Assembly: GCA_040954595.2 (NCBI GenBank)
Contig: CM082589.2
Coordinates: forward strand, 11,296,894-11,360,893
DNA: 64,000 nucleotides
Source: Balanoglossus misakiensis
Taxonomy: Eukaryota > Animalia > Hemichordata
Direction: 5' to 3'
Every line of letters begins with the position of its first letter. Position 1 is the stretch's first letter. A model generated the notes under the pieces. It ran no database searches. It was given only the letters and a program-made list of their open reading frames with translations, and had not been told where the DNA came from. Shown one piece after another: positions 23,701 through 34,400 of this stretch. A program made the translations under genes and the position numbers.

Positions 23701-24801
23701 GACCTGAGAACGTGTTACGGCACAAGCAGGAAAAATACCGGGAATGTCATTCTCCAGCGTTTCGGTTTCGGCAGACGTAACTGGACCAAACACCACTTTA
23801 GGATCAGCAATGACCCGACCTCCGGCCAAATCATTGCCTAGCAACAAAGATATACCTTTAATCGGCAATGACGGTCGAATCCCCACCACTACAGGACCAG
23901 ACACCAAACTTGAATCAAGGACTACTCGATGAAGAGGTACCGTAAGGAAATTTCCCTCAATACCTTGTATAATAACTTGCTCCCCAGTATCCGTCCCAGA
24001 ATCAACAGGCAAAATTCCTTCTAACAGCAAAGACTGGGTTGCACCTGTGTCCCGCAAGATCCGAATGGGCATAGGTTTTCCCCCAACAACTGACACAAAC
24101 CCATCTGTAACAAAGGGCTGAAATTCCTTTCTAATTACGGGTTTTCTAATTTCATCAATACGACTTGATAAAGCTTCCAAAACAACTTTTGGACAAGCAG
24201 ACACAAAAGCATTAGGCGACGCTACATTTTGCTGTGCCCGTTTCAAAAGCAAACATTCATTTCTTGTGTGTCCCCTCTTTTGGCAATATGAACACTGAGG
24301 AAACGTAGGACATGACGACATTACGTGCCCCGGTTTCTTACAATAATGGCATATGGGAGGGCTCGAGCCAATTCTCAATTTATTCTGATGATTAAAATTT
24401 GATCCACTTGTACGATTTACCTGAATGGGAGGTTTTGAATAATTTGGTTTATACCCTCCAGCATTGGCGACAGTCGCTGACGCTGTTGCCCTACCCGGTC
24501 CATGGTCTTTACCTCTGTAAGAAGAAAGTTTATGTGTCAATGCAAAATCATCAGACATTGTGGCAGCTTTATGCAATGACTCAATATCTCTTTCATCTAA
24601 ATATGTTTTGATTTCATCATGCACGCAACTCTTAAATTCTTCAATCAAAATTAACTGTTTCAATTTATCAAAATCGTTTCCAACATCTTTAGCACGGCAC
24701 CATCGGTCAAAATACACCTCTTTCAAATGGGCAAATTCAACATGAGTACGACTCGACTTCTGCAAATTTCTAAATTTCTGTCGATATGCCTCCGGCACCA
24801 A
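20731..24801 (-). CDS. pol: Gag-pol polyprotein: SCAN-like capsid, 2x CCHC, protease, integrase, RT, RNase H
   Basis: CHYCKKPGHVMSSC, CSYCQKRGHTRNEC, LRDTGATQS, HEGPMGGH...CRNCHVC, SDQATNF, LERFH, FHGPY, then DLLKGYW, YIDD, VDASDVGAG, CADALSR. Confidence 0.95.
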   Translation of the reverse strand: MVPEAYRQKFRNLQKSSRTHVEFAHLKEVYFDRWCRAKDVGNDFDKLKQLILIEEFKSCVHDEIKTYLDERDIESLHKAATMSDDFALTHKLSSYRGKDHGPGRATASATVANAGGYKPNYSKPPIQVNRTSGSNFNHQNKLRIGSSPPICHYCKKPGHVMSSCPTFPQCSYCQKRGHTRNECLLLKRAQQNVASPNAFVSACPKVVLEALSSRIDEIRKPVIRKEFQPFVTDGFVSVVGGKPMPIRILRDTGATQSLLLEGILPVDSGTDTGEQVIIQGIEGNFLTVPLHRVVLDSSLVSGPVVVGIRPSLPIKGISLLLGNDLAGGRVIADPKVVFGPVTSAETETLENDIPGIFPACAVTRSQVKHMNKEAHNLESMSDDLDLSETFMGKLISNVVDDESLLKVDDNVSKTSVDKVDSKMSLSREKLISEQSKDSDLAPLFEVVLSVDELKKVPRGYFVNQGVLMRKWRPPTEPASNEWSVLYQIVVPESYRSQILGLAHEGPMGGHLGVSKTMWKITRHFYWPKIRKSVADYCRNCHVCQLVGKPNQSVPVAPLKPIPAFDEPFSKILIDCEGPLPKTRSRNQYLLTIMCMSTRFPEAIPLRNITAPVIAGALSRFFAWVGFPREIQSDQATNFMSGLFQQLVYHMGINQVKSSAYHPESQGALERFHSTLKNMIRVYCFNNDKDWDEGVHLLLFAVRESVQESLGFSPFELIFGHRVRGPLKLLKEQWLDDSPSGMTLLKYVSTFKSRLSEACELARANLKSSQNKMKHLYDRVAKSRAFKPGDKVLALLPITGNALSARFHGPYKILEKVDDVNYVIETPDRRKATQLCHINMLKLYRNENHVHNVLPIMSPEVDHETDSTYVAVADVKSDHDVKLKNSELLSNRDTLLGHLSPDHRKDISQLLDKYVDLFPDVPKRTNVCFHDVDVGNTRPIKQHPYRVNPEKLEKIRGEIKYMLNNDIIETSNSCWASPCLLVDKPDGGVRFCTDYRKVNAITKTDSYPIPRIDDCIDRIGKAQYITTLDLLKGYWCVPLTERAKEISAFATPDGLYQYKVMPFGMKNSGATFQRMMNSCVEGMKETDPYIDDIASYGGVLWSEHVASLDKLFDRLRRDNLTVNLSKCQFGKAKVRYLGHIVGGGEVAPLTAKIKDIVEYPVPVNRRGLMRFLGMAGYYRKFCRNFSEVAAPLTNLLKKGRKFEWSSSCQISFDKVKSLLCTVPVLKAPDFTKPFALNVDASDVGAGAVLLQFDGANVAHSVAYFSRKFNSCQQNYSTIEKEALALVLAVQHFEIYVTSSGKPVVVFTDHNPLVFLHKMRNKNRRLLNWSLLLQEYDLEIRHIRGKDNVCADALSRMY

Positions 24802-25306
24802 CTCATACGCAACTCAATAGCAGTTTTAACTGCCTCATAACCGACATACTCATCAGGGGACAAATTTGAGTATGCTTCTTGAGCTTTACCTTTCAAAACA
24901 CTTTGCAACAACAAAGGCCACTTATCCTTAGGCCATTTCAAACTATTGGCGACACGCTCAAAATGTTGGAAATATTTATCTATATCATCCTCATTAAATT
25001 GAGGTACTAAGCGTATCTGTTTTCCCAAATCAAAATAACTCTCTTCATTTCTTACATCTGGTCGAAGACCCATTGACTCTCTCTCAAGATTATTTCTCAT
25101 TTCCATTTCTTTTATTTTCATCTTTTCCGCAGTTTCAATTTCTTTTACTCTAATTTCGAATTCTTTTAATTTCAATTTTTCCTGCATTTCAATTTCTTTT
25201 AATTTCAATTTCTCCTTCAATTCAAATTCCATTTTTAATTCCATCAGACGCAAATCAGCATTTGCCGACTTTTCTTCAATTTCAGGATACTGAATTAAAG
25301 CATCTA
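24723..25306 (-). CDS. gag: gag middle part (coiled coil + capsid N-terminus), frameshifted near 24815
   Basis: IRLVPQFNEDDIDKYFQHFERVA...WPLLLQSVLKGKAQEAY typical of Gmr1 gag; AYELVPEAY resumes in another frame. Confidence 0.85.
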
Positions 25307-28300
25307 TAGTGCGGTATGGTATGTCAAGAAAAACAGCTCCCGTAGGATTTTTGTGCTAAAATTGATTTTTTTGCTGTTTTGGCTTCTATGGGGACCCAAC
25401 TACCCGAAAATGATGGGGTGCAATTTTAAGGGCCCCTCCATCATATTTTTCTGGGGGGGGGGGGTACTTCCGTTTCATGGTATGATGTGTATTCCCGTAG
25501 GATTTTTGTGCTAAAATTGATTTTCTTTGCTGTTTGGCTTCAATGGGGACCCAACTACCTAAAAATCATGGGGTGCAATTTTTAGGGCCCCTCCATCAAT
25601 TTTTTTTCGGGGGGTCTCTTCTGTGTTGGTCACTCAAGGATATTTCTTCACCTATTTACTCTATCATCATGGGAATTTGGGCTACAATTAATTTGTTTTT
25701 GTTGTTTTTGCTTTGGAGGGGACCCACCTGGCCAAAAATAATCGGGTGCAAATTATAGGGTCCCTCCATCATTTTTTATTAGGGGGGGGACACTTTCATT
25801 TTGGCCACTCCGAAGTTGTTTGTCGGCCTATTTACTCCCTTCTCATAGAATATTTTGCTAAAAATATTATTTTTCTTTGATGTTTTGGTTTCAATGGGGC
25901 TCCACCAGAACTAAAATGATGGGGTTCAAATTTTTGGAACCTTCCATCATGTCTTTGGGGGGGGGGGTAATCATTTCTGTTTTGGCTACCCTGAAGGTAC
26001 TTGTTCACCTATTTACTATAAGGTTAGTATTGTCGTGGTATTTCTTGCAATTTGGTTTGCTCTTTTGGCTTGAATGCAGACTGACTGCCGAAAAGTGATG
26101 GTGTGCTAAATGTTGGACCCCTTTACCACATATTTTGGGGGAGGGGGGGGGGTTCTATATTTGTTTTCGCCAACCCGTTGTAACAGTTGTTTTTTAATCT
26201 TAGATTTTTTCGTTTATTCTAAATTTAGTATACTAAGGTAATTTAAAACCCCTTTTAATGTAATAAAGTACATAAGGAAGTACCACGGAAGGTGCAATAA
26301 ACAACCCAAGAAGCATAACGATTCTTTTCTGATATCTTGGTATTCTCAATCATCATTTTCACAAAAACCAGTTATGTTTGATCTACTCATCGTCAGTGTC
26401 GTTATTTTCAAGAACATTTTCCCTTAATTGGTTTTCAGTCTCCACCATAGCATTTACAGAGGGGAGTACATGGTAAATCATTCTTTGAGCAACTGCAACG
26501 TCCCCTACAACCTGCTTTGCAGCCACATTTGATAAGCTCTAGTACTGCCTTTGGTGCAGGGAGAGCAAGACATTTTACTGGATAAAACACGCCATTCTCC
26601 GATTTCCACCCATTCTTTTCGATTGGTGGAAGTTCAGGACAATTTGTTGCGTATGATTTATCCCTCATTGTGATGAAGGGGTGGCACCCTTTTCACAGAT
26701 CACGCAAATCTTGTTTTTATCTGACATATTAATTCTGTAGTTTATTGCAAAATGTCCAAATAGCTATCGATCTGGAACGTAAAACGCGGCTTACGGTGCT
26801 AAGAAAATAGCCAATATGTATTTAGTAATAAAACTGAGATGTAGTTCACAGATTTTCAGTAGTATTGAGCTACAAAATGAGCCAAATTTGATATTGTTAA
26901 TGTTTACCAAAACAAGTTTTAGAAGTAAGACATAATTCAAGGGCTTTTTACAGCACTATTACGCTATTGGCATGAAAATTTTGAAAATACTACTTTTAAA
27001 TAGACAATACTTCAACTGATATGTACTTCACAGGCTTTATTTACGACAGTATTTAACTTTGAAATGAGTTCAATTGAATATCGTTTTGATACCCCAAGAA
27101 AAAAGTGTTGAACTAAAACATACTTGAGAGTTTTTGCACAGACTGATATCGGTGAGACTTTTAGTACAATGGTAAATATCTCAGACATTGATTGTGCTAC
27201 GAAAGAATAAAACACTTTTAACGAAAAAGTTCACATCTACACAGACTTTCACTAATTGCCCTGGGAAAGAGAAAAAAGAGTAACCCTAATATATTATACT
27301 ATTTGGTATAGCCTAGTATACTATACTTTTGTAAACCATAGAAAACATAAGTGTGGTGATGAGTTGGGTGGCGGTCCAAGGTGAGGGGAGAAGTCCAAAC
27401 CAGAGAGATATTTGTGGTTGATTTGTTAGTGTCATAATGCAACTAAGTATATATTTATAAAACTAAGATAGCGCTGTAGTATATGTGACAACTGATATGT
27501 TTACCCCATAAACCGTCTAATATTTGTGATTCCCAAAATGTGGAGAGGCCCTAAAATTTGACCTCCCTCATTTTTGAGCAGTTAGGTCCCCATAGAAGTT
27601 AAAAAAAGGAAATTGGAAGAAATCCTTTACAAATACACATGTCACACTATGAAGGTTAGATCAATGAACAAATATCTCCGCGGCTGCTAAAACTAAAGTG
27701 ACCCCCCCCCCCCACCCTGCAAGAAAATGTGATGGAGGGGTCAAACAAATTGATTTCCATCATTTTGGGGATGTTTATTCATCATTCAAACCAAAACAGC
27801 AAATAAAACAAATAACTATTAGCAAAAACTCCTACGAGAATACACGAAATAGGTGAACAAATACCGTTAAGATTGTCGAAATGGAAGTACCCCCCCCCCC
27901 CCCACAAATGTAATAGAGGGGCCCTAAAATTTGCATGTGATCTTTTGCGACCAGGTGGGTCCCCATTTAAGTCAAAACAGCAAAAAAAATTCTTTAGCAG
28001 AATATTCTACGAAAATGGAGTAGATAGGTGAATAAATATCTTCGGGGAGGCCAAAACAGGAGTGACCCCCCCCCGAAAAAATATGTTGGAGGGGCCCTAA
28101 AAATTTCACCCCATCATTTTCGGATAGTTGGGTCCCCATTGAAGCCACAACAGCAAAAAATTCAATTTTAGCACAAAAATCCTACGGGAATACACATCAT
28201 ACCACAAAACGGAAGTACCCCCCCCCCCCCAGAAAAATATGATGTAGGGGCCCTTAAAATTGCACCCCATCATTTTCGGGTAGTTGGGTCCCCATAGAAG

Positions 28301-28880
28301 CCAAAAAAGCAAAAAAACAATTTTAGCACAAAAATCCTACGGGAGCTGTTTTTCTTGACATACCATACCGCACTAGAACAAACAACTTCGGAGTGGCCAA
28401 AATGAAAGTGCCCCCCCCCAATAAAAAATGATGGAGGGGCCCTATAATTTGCACCCGATTATTTTTGGCCAGGTGGGTCCCCTCCAAAGCAAAAACAACA
28501 AAAACAAATTAATTGTAGCCCAAATTCCCATGATGATAGAGTAAAAAGGTGAAGAAATATCCTCGAGTGACCAACACAGAAGAGACCCCCCGAAAAAAAA
28601 TTGATGGAGGGGCCCTAAAAATTGCACCCCATGATTTTTAGGTAGTTGGGTCCCCATTGAAGCCAAACAGCAAAAAAAATCAATTTTAGCACAAAAATCC
28701 TACGGGAATACACATCATACCACGAAACGGAAGTACCCCCCCCCCAGAAAAATATGATGGAGGGGCCCTTAAAATTGCACCCCATCATTTTCGGGTAGTT
28801 GGGTCCCCATAGAAGCCAAAACAGCAAAAAAATCAATTTTAGCACAAAAATCCTACGGGAATACACATCATACCACACTA
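25307..28880. mobile_element. Non-autonomous Academ DNA transposon (composite) inserted in Gmr1 gag
   Basis: TAG termini (TAGTGCGGTATG / CATACCACACTA), 4-bp TSD TCTA (25303-25306, 28881-28884), long TIRs built of ~150-bp units; removing it restores KLPLD-ALIQYPE. Confidence 0.85.
26435..26668 (-). pseudogene. Academ transposase C-terminal Cys-rich (CXC-like) remnant
   Basis: GW...PAPKAVLELIKCGCKAGCRGRCSCSKNDLPCTPLCKC. Confidence 0.75.
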
Positions 28881-29059
28881 TCTAGTGGCAATTTATCCTC
28901 ATCGACCAGAAATGCAACAATGATACGCTTAATTTCATCTTTACGCATGGAAGTTTTCACGCTGAGCTCAAGTTTGTTTGCAATCTCAATTAAATCCACC
29001 TTTTTACATGCTTCCAATCCGGCAAGGGATGGTGACTCAATAAATTCTGCGATATCCAT
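28881..29059 (-). CDS. gag: gag N-terminus of Gmr1-like element
   Basis: MDIAEFIESPSLAGLEACKKVDLIEIA...KLPLD, first ORF after the PBS; truncated by the Academ insertion. Confidence 0.85.
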
Positions 29060-29134
29060 GTTTCTTCTATATTTATACTCAAAAATAAATCTATACCACA
29101 ATCTATACTACGTAACTAATACTACGGTTAAAAC

Positions 29135-29151
29135 TCCCGGACGAGCCCCCA
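29135..29151 (-). promoter_or_regulatory. Primer binding site, tRNA-Pro
   Basis: TGGGGGCTCGTCCGGGA adjacent to the 5' LTR (canonical Pro PBS). Confidence 0.92.
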
Positions 29152-29885
29152 TGTCACGCATCGACGGCTATACGTGAACTAGACAAATCGAATCGAACGA
29201 TCAAATCTACGAAAATATATTCCACCTGGGGATTTAATTACTAATCATGAAAATATTACCCGTACATCAAAATACCATATACAGACATGACAATCAAAAC
29301 GCCACGTGGTCAAACTTATGAAAATAATCCGTTACAATCTTAACTTATCTTAACTTAACTTAAATCTAATAAATAAAGTCCGACAAACATCGTCCTCGTT
29401 GGCATGCATGTGGAGTCTGGTAATTCATCCAGGTCTTCCTCCTGTCCGACTTGACCGCGACGCAGATACTCTTCGTGCACTTGCCAAAGTACACCGAGAC
29501 GTCACCGCACATTCATTCCACACCAGCAATGTCCATTGACAGATCAAAGTTCCGTACGGCTAAACGCCCAATTTCAGAACATCTCGACATCAATTCAGTG
29601 TAGTGTGCTGGGTTATTAAAATATACCACAGGTTGAGATGAAAAGTGATAGTCAAAACTCACATGGTTGGAGGATGTCTATGGATCCAAAATCATACACG
29701 TCAAACGCTATGGCTGCCATCCTATCAAATCCCCTAGGAAGTAGTCAGACCAGGTGGTCCTCAAGACTCCTCAAGCTACTAAAACACACGTATTCAATAT
29801 ACTAAATCTCACCACCGAGGGCGTAAACTCTAGAGAGACAATTACAAGTACATACAATTATGCTATATCACAGAATATCGTCACA
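29152..29885 (-). repeat. 5' LTR of Gmr1-like element
   Basis: Direct repeat of 19819-20552. Confidence 0.95.
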
Positions 29886-31616
29886 CGTCAGACACACATC
29901 CCTAACACGCGAAGCCAGCTTATCCTTTGATCAAATGGCAGCGCTATTCTAAATATTTTACAGCATGCCCTAAAGGACAAACACGTGCCGCTGGAAGAGG
30001 CCAACACTCAGCAGAGACGGCAAGATGTTAACGGAGATGAGCCCCAACAATAAATTAATATTGTTCCTTTTATTTAGAAAACGCCGCATAATTAGCCAAC
30101 CAATCATGGTTATGAGAAACCTCCAAAATACAATGTATCGATATTTACTGCATCTGTTCATACTTCGCCCGCGCTTTAAAAACCCTATAGCTGCTAAAAT
30201 TGGCATATTTTTTTCCAGAGTAAAATACTTCATATGTATATTCCCTATTCCCTAAAATCTTCACCCGTGACCATTGAGCCATATTACTTGCATTTGCATT
30301 GGTTTGTCATAACTTGGCGTCGCATTTCACGATAGCTGCTTAGCTGCTATTGTTTGTATGAAGGCTGATTAAATCGGTGAGGCACCGTTTTAATACATAG
30401 CATGTTCCAATTGCAACATGCAGTCACAATCGGGCATCGATAAGATGTTTATGTATACCTATCAGTAAGCTTATTTTGATGAACCAATTTAAGTTGGAAA
30501 ATAAAATCATGAAAATAATGCTAAAAGTGGCAGCTTTGGAGGCTTTAAACTACAGTTCTCCCAAATTGTCTTGACTAAATGACATACATGTGGTCAAAAG
30601 TTCTGACTGCAGAAGAGGTTGCAGCTGTGGCGGGGGACTGTTCAATTGGAGGAAATATATTTACATGGAATAAAGACAATATTGAAATGGCAGCAGAAAT
30701 AGTTCCTACTGAAAAGAATGCTATCTGCAGTGAGTATCACAACTTTAAAATGAAAGATTTTGCAAATTTAAAAAAAATATTGAGTGTTTTGACATGCGTC
30801 AGTGGTCAGTAACACACAAGCTGCATGATAAGAGGGTCACGAGAAATTGTAAGCCGCAATGTATAATGGATTAACTCCATGACCTATGCGACCTACGAAC
30901 TGTGACGTACAGAATTTATTTCTACGTGTAATGCGGTCTGCGGCAGTGAGCCACAGACCGCATTGCGAGAGCAGTGAGAATTCACCACAATGCAAACTTT
31001 CTGAACGTAGGTTGATCTTCGAATGAAATATTACCTTGTCACCAGTTTTCCACATGGCTACACTGTAAAATTGGGTGACGTGTTCGTTCACAAGTGGAAT
31101 AATTGTGAGTAGTAAAGCACGCGAAGTTAAGCAACGAGCACGTTTTGAAATGCGCGCAGATGATCCCAGTTTAGCAAATTCAGGCCATTGCGTGCATGCA
31201 AAATAAAATAATACTGTACCGGGGGTGAGCCTACTTTCTTTCCATACAGATACACGTATATGTTGGTTAAGGTATGTGACAAACAGTTTTCATGTAACAG
31301 CCAGTGATGCTGACCATAAAACCAGCGCAGCTGATGCTTTCATCTACAATTTGCAACATGGACGTTTGTGTCTCTGCATGTGTCGTGCATGTTACTGCTG
31401 AACAAAAAAGATATGCGGGCACCACAGGCTGGCGAAAGCGGTGCTCACGTGCTCTGCAAGCTGATGTTGTCACTAAATTGGCAAAGTATTGTACACATGG
31501 AGGAGTTTCTTGAGCTGTCTGTTGTATAAATGTCGGTTGTGAGTACATTATTTTTTATTTTATTTTAATAATTTTCAAAGCCCCTATGATTGAAGCATAT
31601 TATTACGACTCATCCG

Positions 31617-31722
31617 TTCATCATTCATTCATTCATTCATTCATTCATTCATTCATTCATTCATTCATTCATTCATTCATTCATTCATTCATTCATTCAT
31701 TCATTCATCCATTCATCCATTC
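31617..31722. repeat. (TCAT)n microsatellite
   Basis: Seen directly. Confidence 0.95.
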
Positions 31723-34219
31723 AGTCAGTCACTGTACCAATTGAAGACGCCCTTGTATAGGAGAATTTAGCTATGTACTGACTGTCTTTTCATTTTTTCT
31801 TCATCCTATAGAATCTACCGACCTGGTCGCTGTCAATAACAATTCAACTCCTTAAACATCCTGTGTGTGTGAAGTCTATGAACACTGGCCATGCATTTCA
31901 ATTCAAGGACAAAATGAATGCGCAATATTTCGTTTTATCGAGAGTAATGTGCAGTGATTAAATTTGCTAGGGCTCTCTTAGCAGATTTGGAGTTAGTCAT
32001 TTTGGTAGAAACTTTTCGAGATGGGAAATCTTTGGTCATCTAACCAAGTTATTTGTATTTTTGTTATATAAGACAGAGTCATTTCTATATCATAGATGCA
32101 AGTTTAATTTATAACATGAATTTGAATAAAATATTTTTTTTAAATATCACCACATGAATTTGAATAAAATATTTTTTTTAAATATCACCAGATTGAAATC
32201 TTTGGAAGTTTGCACTTAGAGGGATGGCATGGCAGTTTTCCACTGTTCATATTACAAAGAATTTGGCGTCACGTGTAGATTTCATGAGTGTTCGAGTTTT
32301 GCTCTTCCCAGCCTCGTATCCACAATCCTCTGATACTTACACTTACGTCAGTTCTATAGCCGCTGACCCACTAGATTCTCCTTATGAATTGCCCAAATTA
32401 TTTTTTGGTATAGTTTTGATAGTTAGTGCACGGAAACTTTTGATCGATTCACGAAATTCAAAATATGTTACATCACAAACCTCATAAAAAGGAGGCTAGA
32501 GTAGCCTGTTTGTTTTCAGGTAATTTTACAATTACCTCAATTACCTTTTTTCGAGGGAGGGGGTTAAGAAAACATACAGATTGAAATAACAAGGAAGTGG
32601 TATATCAAACCGAAACCTTATCTCAATCGTGATTCTAGAGTGTTTCCATGTCATGTGACATCCACAAAAATGTGGTATTATCTTGAAAAGAGTCCCGATT
32701 TCCCAAACTGGTTTTGCGAATGTACTTCACTTTGGAGCAATGCATGAGTACATTCGTAGAAAGATATTGCTCCACTATTTACTGACACTCCTCTTGTACT
32801 GCAAATATTACTGCATTCTGTCAGGGCAAGACAAAAGACACAGCAGAACTGCCAGAATTAAAACAGACAACTGGCAATTTCAATAAAACATGTAATAACA
32901 AATATATGTAACATTGAATGAGGTGTCCATACAGCTTGGTCATTTAAAGACCTCCAGTCATTGTGACAATGCATAAATATTTATGTACACCATATTAAAA
33001 ATTAGTTCAGGCATACCTTATACATGTATGTTTTTGACTGACCATATCCTCAGCACGCCCTTTTTTTCAAAAAGACTATCATTATTCTCTGCCAGGCAGA
33101 GAGTTGCCGCTTTCTTGTTAACAATAATATACTATTATAACATTGCATAGATTCCTGTTTGTTTCTGTCCATATCTCACAAACTGTGGTGTGCATACTGT
33201 TGAAATGACCTCAAGAAGAAAATGCCAAATGGAAAAATATTTGACATACTAACCTGTATGATAATGTTATACGGTACAATATATTTAACGGTTCCAATCC
33301 AATGTTGAGAACTAACAAAACAATTTGAGCAGAATTCATTTAAAATTAATTGCAGTTCCGTTTCACCGCATTTCATAGGATGCTGGCTAAAATTCATACT
33401 ATGGTGGATTACCTGTTATGCATTTCTTTCCCTATTTCGTCTGGCAGATTTGAGTTTGACAAGCTGTCATTTTCCTTTCAGCTCCGCAAAATTGATGGAT
33501 TTACTTTGACAGCACACAGACTGTCCATTTGTCATCGGAGATACAAGCAGCATCAGTTGCTGAACAGCTTGCAGCAGTGTTGGAAAAGAGTACACAACAC
33601 TAACTTGCAAGAGTGCTTTGGCCCTTTCTTCACACTGTCCGAAACTTGTTGTGTTACATCATTGCATAATGAATAAGAAATACACAGGTATTTAGCGTTC
33701 TATTCAATACCTACAATAGATAAAAGGGTGTCGGTCTGTATGCGACAATCTTCAATGTTCTTATGAGCACAAGGCTTTATTCAGGGAACGTTTTACAGTA
33801 AGAATTATATGATATAAACTGAATAAGTTTGTTGTCTGTCAACTCTTCTGTCTTTGTCTTACCGATACGGTTCTAACCGCAAACACTGAGGCTTCTCTGC
33901 TCGTACACAGTATAAATCAATGGATGATAAAATGCGCCCTCTTTTGGTGAACTCTTCCTACCGCCCGACCTTCTACCTTACAGTAAGGCATGTAGGGCGG
34001 TCAGGTAGATGGCAGTGTATTGCAAGCGTCTCTTGCATATTTTTTTCCGCCAGGAATGGCATACATTCGTTTTTGGCGACACCACAACTGCTGGAACTTC
34101 TCGAAAAATTGAGAGCCGGATTTCATAAATGCTCATGTTTTCCGAAGGGCTGAAAGAAGATCCAGAGTGGAATATTTAAATTTGCCTGTGGCAGACATCA
34201 TAGTGGCTGCCAGTTATTC

Positions 34220-34400
34220 TATTTCTTGTGCAAGAGATAGTATCTTGTTCCAGCGAGATGTTTTCTCGTGTGCACGAGAAACATGCTATCTCGTGCATAT
34301 CTCGTGCGCACGAGAAAATTGCGAGCGCACTCGTGTTCACGAGAAAATATCACATGCACACGTAAGTCGTGCGCACGAGATAAAAAAATGTGCCCTGTAG
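34220..34400. repeat. Array of TCTCGTGCGCACGAGA-like palindromes
   Basis: About six degenerate copies of a 14-16 bp palindrome. Confidence 0.7.

Larger units (their letters stand above)
19819..29885 (-). mobile_element. Gmr1-type Ty3/gypsy LTR retrotransposon
   Basis: 734-bp LTRs 19819-20552 and 29152-29885 (one mismatch seen), CGTC 4-bp TSD, tRNA-Pro PBS, PPT 20553-20562, integrase upstream of RT. Confidence 0.95.
19567..31855 (+). pseudogene. Relic secreted pentraxin-domain gene (exons 19567-19665, ~30585-30729, 31812-31855)
   Basis: Exon 1 MFPFMTNSNAGVAVILAFTLWAPLVTAIPNKLR|GTAAGT (signal-peptide-like); YMWSKVLTAEEVAAVAGDCSIGGNIFTW...C|GTGAGT matches the pentraxin C-terminal motif; phase-compatible last exon KSTDLVAVNNNSTP*; most of the domain is missing. 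Confidence 0.55.

Noticed and set aside
25534-28878. Repeated hydrophobic ORFs (e.g. MASMGTQLPKNHG..., WGPNYPKMMG...)
   Set aside because: Translations of the ~150-bp TIR subunits of the Academ element
32113-32190. 39-bp tandem duplication (a similar 33-bp repeat lies at ~63098-63175)
   Set aside because: Ordinary local duplications
33200-33700. Possible coding relic
   Set aside because: The minus-strand frames I translated contain stops, the plus-strand ORF has no recognisable motif, and no family could be assigned
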